This document shows positions 29,345-38,797 of a DNA stretch of 64,000 bases, one piece after another. A program made the position numbers and the translations under genes. Under the pieces are notes generated by a model. It was not told where the DNA came from and made no database searches. It saw nothing but the letters and a program-made list of their open reading frames with translations. Positions within the stretch are counted from its first letter, which is position 1. Every line of letters starts with the position of its first letter. The stretch is from assembly GCA_965217775.1 (NCBI GenBank), contig CBDCJH010000002.1, positions 4,576,001 to 4,640,000 on the forward strand, read 5' to 3'. The DNA is from Acidobacteriota bacterium. Lineage in GTDB: Bacteria > Acidobacteriota > UBA6911 > RPQK01 > JAJDTT01.

Positions 29345-29668
29345 TCAGACAACCTTGCGTCCTTTTCCGACGACGTACTCCCGGAGCATGTCCACGTTGC
29401 CTTCGACCCGGGAGATGCATTCCGTAAGTGAGACTTCGACCCGGGAGATGCGGTCTGTAAGTGAGACTTCGACCCGGGAGATGCGGTCACGGATTTCGCC
29501 GCGTTCACGGGTGGCATCGTGAAGATCCGAGCGGATCACCGCCAGTTGCTCGTTGAGATCCCGGCGGTTGGTCCGGGACTGAGTGAGGATAAGGCCCCCC
29601 AGGCTGACGGTGGCGGTGAGGATGAGGCCACCGAGTGAAACGATGATGATGGTGAGTTCGGACGTCAT
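29345..29668 (-). CDS. Small N-terminal-TM coiled-coil protein with 11-aa repeats (copy A)
   Basis: Hydrophobic N-terminus, RISRVEVSLT(D/E) repeats on a 33-bp period; paralog at 31778. Confidence 0.75.
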   Translation of the reverse strand: MTSELTIIIVSLGGLILTATVSLGGLILTQSRTNRRDLNEQLAVIRSDLHDATRERGEIRDRISRVEVSLTDRISRVEVSLTECISRVEGNVDMLREYVVGKGRKVV

Positions 29669-29812
29669 TGGAACGCTCCCTGCAAGTTTACTCCGTCGGA
29701 GCCGGATTGGACAATTCCGTTACCGGTCAAGGCAATCCGCGTGCCACGGGGAGTTCGGCGGCTGGACCAGGATCAACATTTCTACTGCGGTCCGGAGAAT
29801 CGGCGGCAAGAA

Positions 29813-31729
29813 GTCACGGTAGGAACGGCAGTTTCCTGCCGCCCCCCGCACAGATCCGGACGTGCCCGTTAAGGCATCCGGCTCCTACCTTGGGTGTGGA
29901 CGGCCAGCGGAACCGCTGCCCCGGCCACGGGTGACGGATCTTCACGGATGGCCAGAGCAATTCCGTCATCCGTCGCAACCGTCCCCAGCTGAAGCGGTCG
30001 CGTTGGGACCGGCGGCGCAAGGCTCGCAGCCACCGCCGTTGCAGCAGATAGCAGAAACCTCGCAGCCAGCGCGTACTCCCCGGAACCGCAAAATAGTTCA
30101 GCCAGCCGTTCAGGACCCGGCTCAACCATTTCCCGACCTCCCAGTGATCCGCGTGCCGTTGTCTCCACAGCCTCTCCCCCACCCGTTGCAGGGTCCGGTT
30201 CATCCGTTTCGCGCTTGGCTTCCGCCCCAGCCGGAAGCGTCCCTTCCGGGTCTTCGCACAGTAGTGCGTGAACCCCAGAAAGTCGAACGTCTCCGGTTTC
30301 CGCTCCCCGCGTCGTCGCCGATCCGCTGCCGCAAATCGTCCGAACTCCACCAGTCGCGTCTTTTCCGGGTGCAGTTCCAGCCCGAACTCGGCGCACCGTT
30401 CCCCCAGGTCTCGGAGAAACCGTTTCGCGTCCGCCCGTCTCTGGAATCCGGCCACGAAGTCGTCCGCATATCGCACCAGGATCGCTTCGCCTTTCGGGAC
30501 TCGTGGGCGCCACGTCCGATGGAACCATTGGTCCAGCACGTAGTGCAGGTACACGTTGGCCATGACCGGCGAGACGTTGGCGCCCTGAGGCGTCCCTCTC
30601 CCCGTGTCCGACCAGGTCCCTTCTTCCATCACGCCGGCGTTCAGCCACTTGCGCAGCAGCCGCAGCACCCGCCGGTCTCCGATCCGCCGTTCCACGAACT
30701 GCATCAGGCAGTCCCGGTCGATCGCATCAAAGAACGTCCGAATGTCCGCGTCCACGATCCCATTGACTTTCCGCCGTTCGATCCCGTAGGCCAGTGCATC
30801 CAGCGCGTCATGCGCCTTCCGTCCGGGCCGGAACCCGTAGCTGAGCCCGAGAAACTCCGCCTCGTAAATCGGCGTCAGGAGCTCGTCCACGACTGCCTTC
30901 TGGAGGATCTTGTCCTCCAGCGCGGCCACGCCGAGCGGTCGTGTCCTTCCATCCGGCTTGGGGATGTTCACCCGCCGGACGGGAGGCGCTCGGTACGCGC
31001 CCCGGTGCACGCGGCGATGCAGGTCCAGCAGTCGCTCTTCCAGCTTCGCCCCGTACTCCTCCCACCGTACCCCGTCGATTCCCGGGGCAGCGTCCTTTCT
31101 CAGTCCGAGATAGGCGCGGCGCAGGGCCTCCACAGTGATATGGTGCAGCAGCGCGGTCAGTCGCTCCTTGGGGTTTCTCGCGATCGCTCGCCGTATCCGG
31201 TCCACCGCTTGGGACACGCTCCCCCGACTCTGCGTCCGGCGCGTGCTTTGGCTCACCGAATTCCCCTTGGTTCCATCCCTTCGCTCCACCGGCTCCGCCG
31301 AGGGTCGCCCCTCTTTGTTCGCCCGCTTCATCGCTACTATGGATGAATCCGATTGCTTCGTTCCGTCCATCATGAGTTTCGGGTTACTCCTTTCTCATGC
31401 GACCCCGGGGCGACCCCCCGGCGTGAAATGAAGCCCTCCCAGGTCCCGGAACAAGATTTGCGTACGTGCCTGGGTTCTTTGACACCGCGGAGCCCGGCCG
31501 TCCCTCACCTGGGCGGTCCAGCCGGTGTTGCCTTCGACCGCGACTACAGCCTCGGCACTTCCGATCATGGAGCTTTCGATGCTCAATAGCCTGCCCATAC
31601 GCACCGCTACCGACGCTTCGCCGACACCCTCACGGGTGCCAACGCACGGCTCGCGGAGAAACGTGGATGGTTAGTCCTTCGTTTCGGCGGACTTCCACCG
31701 CCTATCTTGTGCCAGTTAGCCTGGCGCAC
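29813..31729 (-). mobile_element. Group II intron (class E-like), 1917 nt
   Basis: 5' GTGCG at 31729; 3' domain V/VI ...CACGTCCGGATCTGTGCGGGGGG...CCTACCGTGAC at 29813; removing it restores a REP hairpin. Confidence 0.93.
29814..31373 (-). CDS. ltrA: Group II intron reverse transcriptase/maturase, no endonuclease domain
   Basis: IPKPDGRTRPLG, SYGFRPGR, GTPQG, RYADDF, FDFLGFTH; true start may be slightly downstream. Confidence 0.95.
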   Translation of the reverse strand: MMDGTKQSDSSIVAMKRANKEGRPSAEPVERRDGTKGNSVSQSTRRTQSRGSVSQAVDRIRRAIARNPKERLTALLHHITVEALRRAYLGLRKDAAPGIDGVRWEEYGAKLEERLLDLHRRVHRGAYRAPPVRRVNIPKPDGRTRPLGVAALEDKILQKAVVDELLTPIYEAEFLGLSYGFRPGRKAHDALDALAYGIERRKVNGIVDADIRTFFDAIDRDCLMQFVERRIGDRRVLRLLRKWLNAGVMEEGTWSDTGRGTPQGANVSPVMANVYLHYVLDQWFHRTWRPRVPKGEAILVRYADDFVAGFQRRADAKRFLRDLGERCAEFGLELHPEKTRLVEFGRFAAADRRRRGERKPETFDFLGFTHYCAKTRKGRFRLGRKPSAKRMNRTLQRVGERLWRQRHADHWEVGKWLSRVLNGWLNYFAVPGSTRWLRGFCYLLQRRWLRALRRRSQRDRFSWGRLRRMTELLWPSVKIRHPWPGQRFRWPSTPKVGAGCLNGHVRICAGGGRKLPFLP

Positions 31730-31777
31730 AGCCGCCACTCCTGTCGGCCGACTGTCATCGACCCGGAGCTAGGAGGC

Positions 31778-32134
31778 TCAGACAACCTTGCGTCCTTTTC
31801 CCACGAAGTACTCGCGGAGCACGTCCACGTTGCCCTCGACCCGAGCGATGCGTTCGGTAAGCGATGCTTCGACCTTGGCGATGCGTTCGGTAAGCGACAA
31901 TTCGACCTGGGCAATACGTTCCGTAAGCGAGACTTCGACCTGCGCGATGCGGTCACGGTTTTCGCGGATTTCTCGGGCGGCATCACTCAGCCGTGAGTCG
32001 ATGCCCGCGAGTCTTTCGTCGAGTTCCCGGCGGCTGGCCCGGAATTGGGTGAGGATGAGGCCGCCCAGGGTGAGGGTGGCGGTGAGGATGAGGCCACCGA
32101 GTGAAACGATGATGATGGTGAGTTCGGACATCAT
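31778..32134 (-). CDS. Small N-terminal-TM coiled-coil protein with 11-aa repeats (copy B)
   Basis: Paralog of 29345..29668 with one extra 11-aa repeat and a near-identical upstream region. Confidence 0.75.
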   Translation of the reverse strand: MMSELTIIIVSLGGLILTATLTLGGLILTQFRASRRELDERLAGIDSRLSDAAREIRENRDRIAQVEVSLTERIAQVELSLTERIAKVEASLTERIARVEGNVDVLREYFVGKGRKVV

Positions 32135-32222
32135 TGGAACACTCCCTGCAAGTTTACTCCGTCGGAGCCGGATTGGACAATTCCGTTACCGGTCAAGGCA
32201 ATCCGCGTGCCAGGGGGGAGTT

Positions 32223-33197
32223 CTAATCCGCAGTCGCGAAGACGGTGACCGTGGCGCCGCGTCCCAGGGCGGCCTCCGCGGCGGCAAGGGGTTGGGCCAG
32301 GAGCAACAGTTCGAAATAGACGGCCTCCTTCAGCGAGAGCCCCAAGGACCGCGCCCGCTTCGTCTCCCGCAGCAGGCGCACCTTCTGGGACATGGGATCG
32401 AGGGCCGGAAAGAGGCTGGAGACCAGGGCGGCGGCGTTGTCGCGCAGGGAGAAGTGGCGCACCCGGCGAACCCGGAAGCCGGCGCGGCCGAGGAGCTCGA
32501 CCAGTGCCCGCGCCGTGAAGTTGTGGATATGGCGGGGACAGTCGAGACCGTACCACCGGGAACCCAGGAGCGCCGCCTGGATGCTGTGGCTGTTGGGAAC
32601 CTGGATCACCAGACCGCCGTCGCCGGCCAGGAGCCGGCGGATCCGCCGCAGGTAGTGAAGGGGCCGGGGCAGGTGCTCCAGGACGTGGAAGAGCGTCAGC
32701 ACGTGGAAGGTGGCGCCGCTTCGGATCAGGTCCCGTTCGTCTCCCACCACTACCCGGCCCGGCAGGATCTTCTCGGCCGCCTCACCCGCTTCCGGGGAAG
32801 CTTCCAGTCCCTGCACCCGGAACCCGGCCTCCCGGGCCAGCTTCAGGAAGGTGCCGCTGCCGCAGCCGATGTCCAGGAGGCGGCGGCCGTTCCCCGGCGG
32901 GGCCACCGAGAGGACGAAGCGCAACTGGTCGTGCCGGAGGACCCACTCCCGGTAAAGACCCTCCACGCCCCGGGGGTCTCCTTCCGGGTCCCACCAGTAG
33001 CCGGGCGGGTAGAATTCGGGGATCCGGTCCGCAACCTCAGACACCCGCTGGAAGCGGAGGCCGCAGCCGGGACAGTGGTAGAGGGGAAACGCCTCGCGGG
33101 TGACCTGGAAGAACCGGTCCTCCAGGCGGCGCCAGAATCGGCAACGGGGGTGGCGGCAGACGGGACAGGGCAGAGAGGCGTCCGGATCCACGCTCAT
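32223..33197 (-). CDS. Class I SAM-dependent methyltransferase with N-terminal Cys motifs
   Basis: CPVC...CPGC, LLDIGCGSG, LFHVLEHL, IQVPN. Confidence 0.88.
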   Translation of the reverse strand: MSVDPDASLPCPVCRHPRCRFWRRLEDRFFQVTREAFPLYHCPGCGLRFQRVSEVADRIPEFYPPGYWWDPEGDPRGVEGLYREWVLRHDQLRFVLSVAPPGNGRRLLDIGCGSGTFLKLAREAGFRVQGLEASPEAGEAAEKILPGRVVVGDERDLIRSGATFHVLTLFHVLEHLPRPLHYLRRIRRLLAGDGGLVIQVPNSHSIQAALLGSRWYGLDCPRHIHNFTARALVELLGRAGFRVRRVRHFSLRDNAAALVSSLFPALDPMSQKVRLLRETKRARSLGLSLKEAVYFELLLLAQPLAAAEAALGRGATVTVFATAD

Positions 33198-33868
33198 CCC
33201 CCGAGCCGTTTCTTGAAGAGGAAGACCAGATTGCTCCAACCGTCTCTCCAGGGCCGGAGCTTCTTCTCTCCGGCACGGTTCGAATAGTTGATGGGGATCT
33301 CCTTGAACCCGATCCGGGAATGACGCATGGCTTCGATCTTGATCTCCTCGGAGAAGGCCATCCCGTCGCTGACGAGGTTCATGTTCTCCAACGCCTCCCG
33401 GTAGAAGATCCACATCCCCGACTGGGAGTCCCGGACCCGGCGCAGGAACAGGACCGAGACCGCCAGGCTCAGGCACTTGTTCCCGATGAAGCTCTTCCAG
33501 GACATGGCCTTGCGGTTCTGCATGGGAAACCGGGAAGCCGAGACGAAACCCACGCCGGAGCCGATGAGGGCTTCGATCAGATAGGAGAGGGAGTCGGCCG
33601 GGTAGGAGTGGTCCCCGTCCAGGGTCACGATGACGTCCCCCTGGGCGTGGAGCAGACCCGTCTTGTAGGCGCGGCCATATCCGCGCACGTCCTCCCGAAT
33701 CACGCGGGCACCCATACGCGCGGCGATTTGCGCCGTATCGTCGGTGGAGCCGTTGTCCACCACGATGACCTCGTCCACGAACTGGGGGAGCCGCTCCAGG
33801 ACCATGCGGATCCCCTCTTCCTCATTGAGGCAGGGGATGACGACGGTGATCTTGTGATCTCGATACAT
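33194..33868 (-). CDS. GT2, polyprenol-phosphate glycosyltransferase (DPM1-like)
   Basis: VVIPCLNEE, VVDNGSTD, TLDGDHSY, DSQSGM; short soluble form. Confidence 0.85.
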   Translation of the reverse strand: MYRDHKITVVIPCLNEEEGIRMVLERLPQFVDEVIVVDNGSTDDTAQIAARMGARVIREDVRGYGRAYKTGLLHAQGDVIVTLDGDHSYPADSLSYLIEALIGSGVGFVSASRFPMQNRKAMSWKSFIGNKCLSLAVSVLFLRRVRDSQSGMWIFYREALENMNLVSDGMAFSEEIKIEAMRHSRIGFKEIPINYSNRAGEKKLRPWRDGWSNLVFLFKKRLGG

Positions 33869-36083
33869 GGTCTTGAATAAGGTCCAGCAGGATCCTGATT
33901 TTGCGGACCAGGTCCGCGGAGGGCGACAACTCCAGGGCACGCTTCAAATTTTTCTCCGCTTCCGCCAGCTCGCCCCGGCGCCGGAGGAGAACTCCCAGAT
34001 TGTAGTGGGTCTCGGCCGCGGCCCGGAGGCGGATCGACTGCCGGTAGAGGCGGACGGCCCGGTCGCCGTCGCCGGTCCGGTCGTAACAGTGCGCCAGCAG
34101 GTTCAGGCTCTCCGGCTCGACGCGGAGCCGGACGGCGCGCTCCAGATGCGGAATGGCCTCCTGGAATTTCCTCAGATGAACGTAGCAGAGGCCCAGGTTG
34201 AGCTGTCCCGGCCGGCTGCCGGGATAGGCCTCCACGAATTTCTTCAGATAAACCACCGCCTGCTCGTAGAGCCGTTTGGCCTGCTCATCCAGTTCCTGCT
34301 TCTTCTTGAATTGGCCTTCGTTAAAGGCCGCCACCCCCTGATTGTGGACGTCGCGAGCCTGGTCCAGGAAGAGTCCGCCGACCGACAGCCAGACCATGCG
34401 GGCGGCGGGTTCGCGGTTCCGGGACTTGAGAGCCTTCTGAAAGTAGCCAAATGCGGTCTCGCGCAGTGGCAGAACCTGCTCGAAGTCTTTGGCCGCAAGG
34501 GCGACCTCGGCGGCCTTCTCGTAGCAGTTCCCCATGTTGGCCAGACTCATGAAATTCGAGTCGTCTCTCTCCAGCGCTTTTCCCGCCGCCTCACGGCACC
34601 TGTCCAGCAGGCTCGACGCCAGATCGTATTTCTTCCGCGCTCGTGCGCGCTCGGCCAACTGGACGTACAGGGCACCCAGATTGCTCCATTCCAGGGCCCG
34701 GCCGGGGTTGAGCTCCAAGGCTCTCAGAGTGTGTTTCAGGGCCAGGTCCGGCTTCTGCCGACCCATGTAGGTGACCGCCATATTGCTGTGGGCGCGGTAG
34801 GACCCGGGGGCATGGTCCAAGGTCGCCCGCCACAGGGAATCCAGGTTGGCCCAATCCCGATTGCGCCCCATCGTGCGCACCGAGAATACGATAAAGACCA
34901 GGGCCAACACCCCCACGGCCAGTTCCCGGAAACCCCGCTCGCGAGACACGTAGTCCACCGCCACTCCTCCCAGCAGGGAAACCCCGATCAGCGGGACGTA
35001 GAGAAAGTGGTCGGCGGCCAACTCGTGAAAGGGCAGGATCTGGAGCACCGGCACCAACGCCGTCAGGAACCAGCCCATCCCCAGGGAGACCAGGGGCCGG
35101 GACGGGTAGACCCGGACGGCCACGGCGATGAAGGCCGCCAGCAGGAGCACCGCCAGCAGGGTCGGCGCGTCGGCGAACCCGGGAGAGAGGGCGAAGACGT
35201 CTCCCGTGTAGTCCGCGATCAGAGGATGGGGGAACAGCGCCAGGCTCGAATAGTGCGAGAAGAGCTTGAAGCTGGTGCCGGCATGGGCCGCGAGGCTCCC
35301 TCCCCAGAGTCCCTCCATGCGGCTGGCCGGACTCAGAAAGAGGGCATAGTAGAGGGACGCCGCGGCCAGAAGGAAGCCCAGAGCGTAGGCGAGCCGGGAG
35401 CGCGCGAGAGCGCGGAAGATTCGAACCGCCACCGGCTCCCGGCCCGGCCCGCCGGAGGGGCCCGGCCGGCACAGGTCCAACAGCAGAAGCAGCGCCGGCA
35501 GCACGATCACCAGCTCCTTGGCCAGGACCCCCACCACCAGGCAGGCGAGGCAGAGAAGAAGATATCGCCGCCGCCCCGTGTCCCGATAGGAGAGGAACGA
35601 CAGGCACCCCGAGAGAATGAAGAAGGCGGCCAGCAGGTCTTTCCGCCCCGACACGTAGGCCACCGCGGCGGTCTGAACCGGGTGGGCGGCAAAGAGGAGG
35701 GCTCCCGCCAGCGCCAGCGTCCGGCCTCCGGTGACGGCCCGGAAGAGCCAGTAGACCAGGAGCGAATTGAGGGCGTGCAGGAGCAGGTTGAAGAGATGGT
35801 ACCCCGTGGGCTCCGGACCGCCCAGCCAGTAGTTGAACGCATAGGTGAGCGTGCGGACCGGCCGGTAGACCCGGTGGCTCAGGATGTCTCCCCAGCGCAG
35901 CTCCGTCACCGTCCGGTTCTGCTGGATCAGGGTGAGGTCGTCGTGGACGAACTCGTGGCCCAGCGTATTCCAGTAGAGTCCCAGGACGACGGCCACCAGG
36001 AGGCACGGGTAGAGCAGGTCCGGCCGCCAGAGACGGGACCCGAACCCCGGGGACGATCTCCTGTCTTTCCTTCTCGCCGCCAT
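33822..36083 (-). CDS. TMTC-like membrane glycosyltransferase (GT-C) with C-terminal TPRs
   Basis: FVHDD, YRPV, YHLFNLLLH, LFAAHPVQTAAVAYVSGR, LAKE, ADHFLYVP, RNRDW, then TPRs. Confidence 0.82.
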   Translation of the reverse strand: MAARRKDRRSSPGFGSRLWRPDLLYPCLLVAVVLGLYWNTLGHEFVHDDLTLIQQNRTVTELRWGDILSHRVYRPVRTLTYAFNYWLGGPEPTGYHLFNLLLHALNSLLVYWLFRAVTGGRTLALAGALLFAAHPVQTAAVAYVSGRKDLLAAFFILSGCLSFLSYRDTGRRRYLLLCLACLVVGVLAKELVIVLPALLLLLDLCRPGPSGGPGREPVAVRIFRALARSRLAYALGFLLAAASLYYALFLSPASRMEGLWGGSLAAHAGTSFKLFSHYSSLALFPHPLIADYTGDVFALSPGFADAPTLLAVLLLAAFIAVAVRVYPSRPLVSLGMGWFLTALVPVLQILPFHELAADHFLYVPLIGVSLLGGVAVDYVSRERGFRELAVGVLALVFIVFSVRTMGRNRDWANLDSLWRATLDHAPGSYRAHSNMAVTYMGRQKPDLALKHTLRALELNPGRALEWSNLGALYVQLAERARARKKYDLASSLLDRCREAAGKALERDDSNFMSLANMGNCYEKAAEVALAAKDFEQVLPLRETAFGYFQKALKSRNREPAARMVWLSVGGLFLDQARDVHNQGVAAFNEGQFKKKQELDEQAKRLYEQAVVYLKKFVEAYPGSRPGQLNLGLCYVHLRKFQEAIPHLERAVRLRVEPESLNLLAHCYDRTGDGDRAVRLYRQSIRLRAAAETHYNLGVLLRRRGELAEAEKNLKRALELSPSADLVRKIRILLDLIQDHVSRSQDHRRHPLPQ

Positions 36084-36085
36084 GA

Positions 36086-37228
36086 TCAGGCTTCCCCGCC
36101 TTCCTTCGCTCCCAGCGACCGGGCCAGCTCAAGAATCCGGCCCGCCACCCGATCCCAACCCAACCGCCGGTTGAATTTCAAGATGTGAGGCTGGAACCGT
36201 GGTCGCAGATTGCGGCGAAAGTAATCGATCAGGAGACGCGCCAGCCGATCGGAATCTCCGGGTGGAAAGAGGAGCCCGGTCTTGCCGTCCAGCACCACCT
36301 CCGAGAGTCCACCCACGTCGCTGGCGATGACCGGGACCCCGAACTGGTAGGCCAGGGGGACGATCCCGCTCTGGGTCGCGCTCCGGTAGGGAAGCGCCAC
36401 CACGTGGGCGCGGCGGAAGAAGCCGGGCACCTCCCGGTTGGGCACATAGGCGCCGGTCCAGGAGACCGCGCCGTCGAGGCCGAGAGCCCGGACCCGTTCC
36501 TTCAGGGGACGGGGATCGCCATAGAACTCTCCCGCCACCACCAGTTCCGCCTCCAGCTCCCGGCGCACCCGGGCGAAGGCCTCGATGAGGACGTCGAGCC
36601 CCTTGTAGGCCCGGATGTTGCCGAAAAAGAGGATGCAGGGCTTCTCACCCGGCCCGGGCGACTCCGAGTCCCAGCGCCGGTAGAAGGAGTAGGCGGGATG
36701 GTGGACCTGACGTACCGGAGCGTTCGGACGGAGCTCCCGCACCTGCCGCGCCAGGTCCTTCGACTGCACCAGGAACCCGTCCACGCGGCGGAAGGCCATC
36801 CTCACCAGCATCGCCTCAAGATGTCGGCTTCCCATGCGTTCGTGGGGGAAGACGTTGTGGCACAGACACAGGATCACCGCCGCCGACCGCTTCCGGACGC
36901 GCCGGATCAGGTCGGCGTAGGCCGGACCGAAGAAGGGGTGCCACCATTGGAAGACCAGCAGCTCGGGTCCCCAGGCGGCGACTCTCCGGGCGGTGGCGGC
37001 CCAGCTCCCGGGAGAGAGAGGGCGGAGGAGCCTCTCGGAGGGCACCCGCCAAGCGCTGGGGCTCCGGTCCAATTCCGAGCTTCCGGGAAAGAGCAGCCGG
37101 GGATAGAGCTTCCGGAAGGAATAGATGCGCACCTGGTGGCGCCGCTCCAGCTCGCCGTACAGGGATGCGGTGTACTGGGCGATTCCGCCGCGCAAGGGAT
37201 GGGCCGGACCCACGAGGGCGATCCTCAT
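36086..37228 (-). CDS. GT4 glycosyltransferase
   Basis: FFGNIRAYKG, LPYRSATQSG, PVIASDVGGLSE. Confidence 0.9.
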   Translation of the reverse strand: MRIALVGPAHPLRGGIAQYTASLYGELERRHQVRIYSFRKLYPRLLFPGSSELDRSPSAWRVPSERLLRPLSPGSWAATARRVAAWGPELLVFQWWHPFFGPAYADLIRRVRKRSAAVILCLCHNVFPHERMGSRHLEAMLVRMAFRRVDGFLVQSKDLARQVRELRPNAPVRQVHHPAYSFYRRWDSESPGPGEKPCILFFGNIRAYKGLDVLIEAFARVRRELEAELVVAGEFYGDPRPLKERVRALGLDGAVSWTGAYVPNREVPGFFRRAHVVALPYRSATQSGIVPLAYQFGVPVIASDVGGLSEVVLDGKTGLLFPPGDSDRLARLLIDYFRRNLRPRFQPHILKFNRRLGWDRVAGRILELARSLGAKEGGEA

Positions 37229-38199
37229 CCGGGCAGAGAGACCAGGGACTTGGAGCTGGCCTCCTCCGGTTCCACCACCCGGACCTCGCGCACCGAGTAG
37301 TCCCCTTCCCTGCGGGAGGAGTAGGCGATCATCTCGGCCAGGAGCCCGAAGAAGATGAACTGGACGCCCATGATGAGGAGCAGGATTCCCAGCATGAACA
37401 GGGGCCGGTCCTCGATCCAGCGACCCTGAAACCAGCCCACGGTGAGATATGCCTGGATGGAAAAGCCGGCCAGGAGCAGGACGACTCCCAGAATCCCGAA
37501 GACGTGCAGCGGCTTGCTGTTGTAGCGGGTCAACATGATCACCGTCAGGAGATCGAAGAAACCGCCCAGAAAGCGGCCGGCGCCGTACTTGCTGCGCCCG
37601 TAGGCGCGGGGAGCATGGTCCACGGGGACCTCCCCGATCCGAAAGCCGCGGTAGCTGGCCAGGACCGGAATGAACCGGTGCATCTCGCCGTAGACCTTCA
37701 ACTCCCGGATCACCTCCCGGCGGTAGGCTTTGAGTCCACAGTTGAGGTCGTGGAGCGGAACTCCCGTCAGGAGAGCGGTGACGAAGTTGAAGATTCGTGA
37801 AGCGGCGCGCTTGCGCCACGGGTCCTGGCGCTTGACCTTCCAGCCGGAGACCAGGTCGTACCCCTGCTCCAGTCGGTCCAGCAGCTTGCCCACCTCCCGG
37901 GGACGATCCTGAAGGTCCGCATCCATGGTGACGATGACCTCTCCCCGAGCATGCCGAAATCCGGCCGCCAGCGCCGCCGACTTCCCGAAATTGCGGCGAA
38001 ACCGAATGATGCGGATTCGGGGATCGCGGTTCTGGAGGCGCTTCAGGGTGGAGAAGGAGCCGTCGGTGCTGCCGTCGTCGACGAAAATGATCTCCAAGTC
38101 GCCGGAATGGGAACTCAACTCTCGGATGATGCCTTGGTAGAGCTCAGGGAGCGATTCCTCTTCGTTGAAGAGGGGAATCACCATGGAGATCAGTCTCAT
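37225..38199 (-). CDS. GT2, ArnC/GtrB-like undecaprenyl-phosphate glycosyltransferase
   Basis: VIPLFNEEE, FRRNFGKSAAL, MDADLQD, YGEMHRFIP, two C-terminal TMs. Confidence 0.9.
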   Translation of the reverse strand: MRLISMVIPLFNEEESLPELYQGIIRELSSHSGDLEIIFVDDGSTDGSFSTLKRLQNRDPRIRIIRFRRNFGKSAALAAGFRHARGEVIVTMDADLQDRPREVGKLLDRLEQGYDLVSGWKVKRQDPWRKRAASRIFNFVTALLTGVPLHDLNCGLKAYRREVIRELKVYGEMHRFIPVLASYRGFRIGEVPVDHAPRAYGRSKYGAGRFLGGFFDLLTVIMLTRYNSKPLHVFGILGVVLLLAGFSIQAYLTVGWFQGRWIEDRPLFMLGILLLIMGVQFIFFGLLAEMIAYSSRREGDYSVREVRVVEPEEASSKSLVSLPG

Positions 38200-38235
38200 G
38201 GGCGGATTTTCGCCGCTGATTTTAGCACACCGGGA

Positions 38236-38313
38236 GGAGCGGCGATTTCCAATCGCCGGACTCCGCAACGAACATGGAGCGAGGAGGAACGGGCGATTGG
38301 AAATCGCCCCTCC
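38236..38313. repeat. REP pair (REPIN-like)
   Basis: GGAGCGGCGATTTCCAATCGCC ... GGGCGATTGGAAATCGCCCCTCCT. Confidence 0.85.
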
Positions 38314-38342
38314 TAAAAGAGCACTTGAAGTTCATAGTATGT

Positions 38343-38366
38343 AGTGTGTAGTATATAGTACACACT
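38343..38366. promoter_or_regulatory. Palindromic operator overlapping a probable promoter of the XRE gene
   Basis: AGTGTGTAGTATATAGTACACACT near-perfect 24-bp palindrome in an AT-rich patch; TTGAAG-N18-TAGTAT. Confidence 0.6.
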
Positions 38367-38402
38367 CGAACGAAGGACGATTCACTTCGTCCCAGGGTCA
38401 GT

Positions 38403-38753
38403 ATGGCGTTTGGAGACTACATTCGGGAGGTTCGCGAACGGTGGCGGCGCGACGACCGGACTTTCTCGTTGCGCCAGGTGGCGGGCCGCGTCGGAATCGA
38501 GCCGGCCTACCTGAGCAAGATCGAGCGGGGACTGACGCCACCTCCCTCGGAGCGGACGATCCGCCGGCTCGCAAAGGAGCTGGACGAGGATGCGGACGTC
38601 CTGCTGGCGATGGCGGGGAAGGTTTCCAAGGACCTTCAGGAGATCGTGATGCTCCGTCCCAAGCTCTTCGCCGATCTTCTGCGTCAGCTCCGGGAGGCGC
38701 CGGATCACGCGGTGCTGCGGATCGCGCGTGAGATCCGGGATGGAGATTGGTGA
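38403..38753 (+). CDS. XRE-family HTH regulator (copy 1)
   Basis: SLRQVAGRVGIEPAYLSKIERG. Confidence 0.88.
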   Translation: MAFGDYIREVRERWRRDDRTFSLRQVAGRVGIEPAYLSKIERGLTPPPSERTIRRLAKELDEDADVLLAMAGKVSKDLQEIVMLRPKLFADLLRQLREAPDHAVLRIAREIRDGDW

Positions 38754-38797
38754 AAGCCAGGTAGTAGGAGCCTGGGGAAACAGGAGAGGAGGAAAAA

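Noticed and set aside
29814-31373. RT as a DGR, retron or defence RT diversifying the flanking paralogs
   Set aside because: Clear group II intron ends and domain V/VI; differences between the paralogs are not adenine-specific and no avd or msr-msd is evident.
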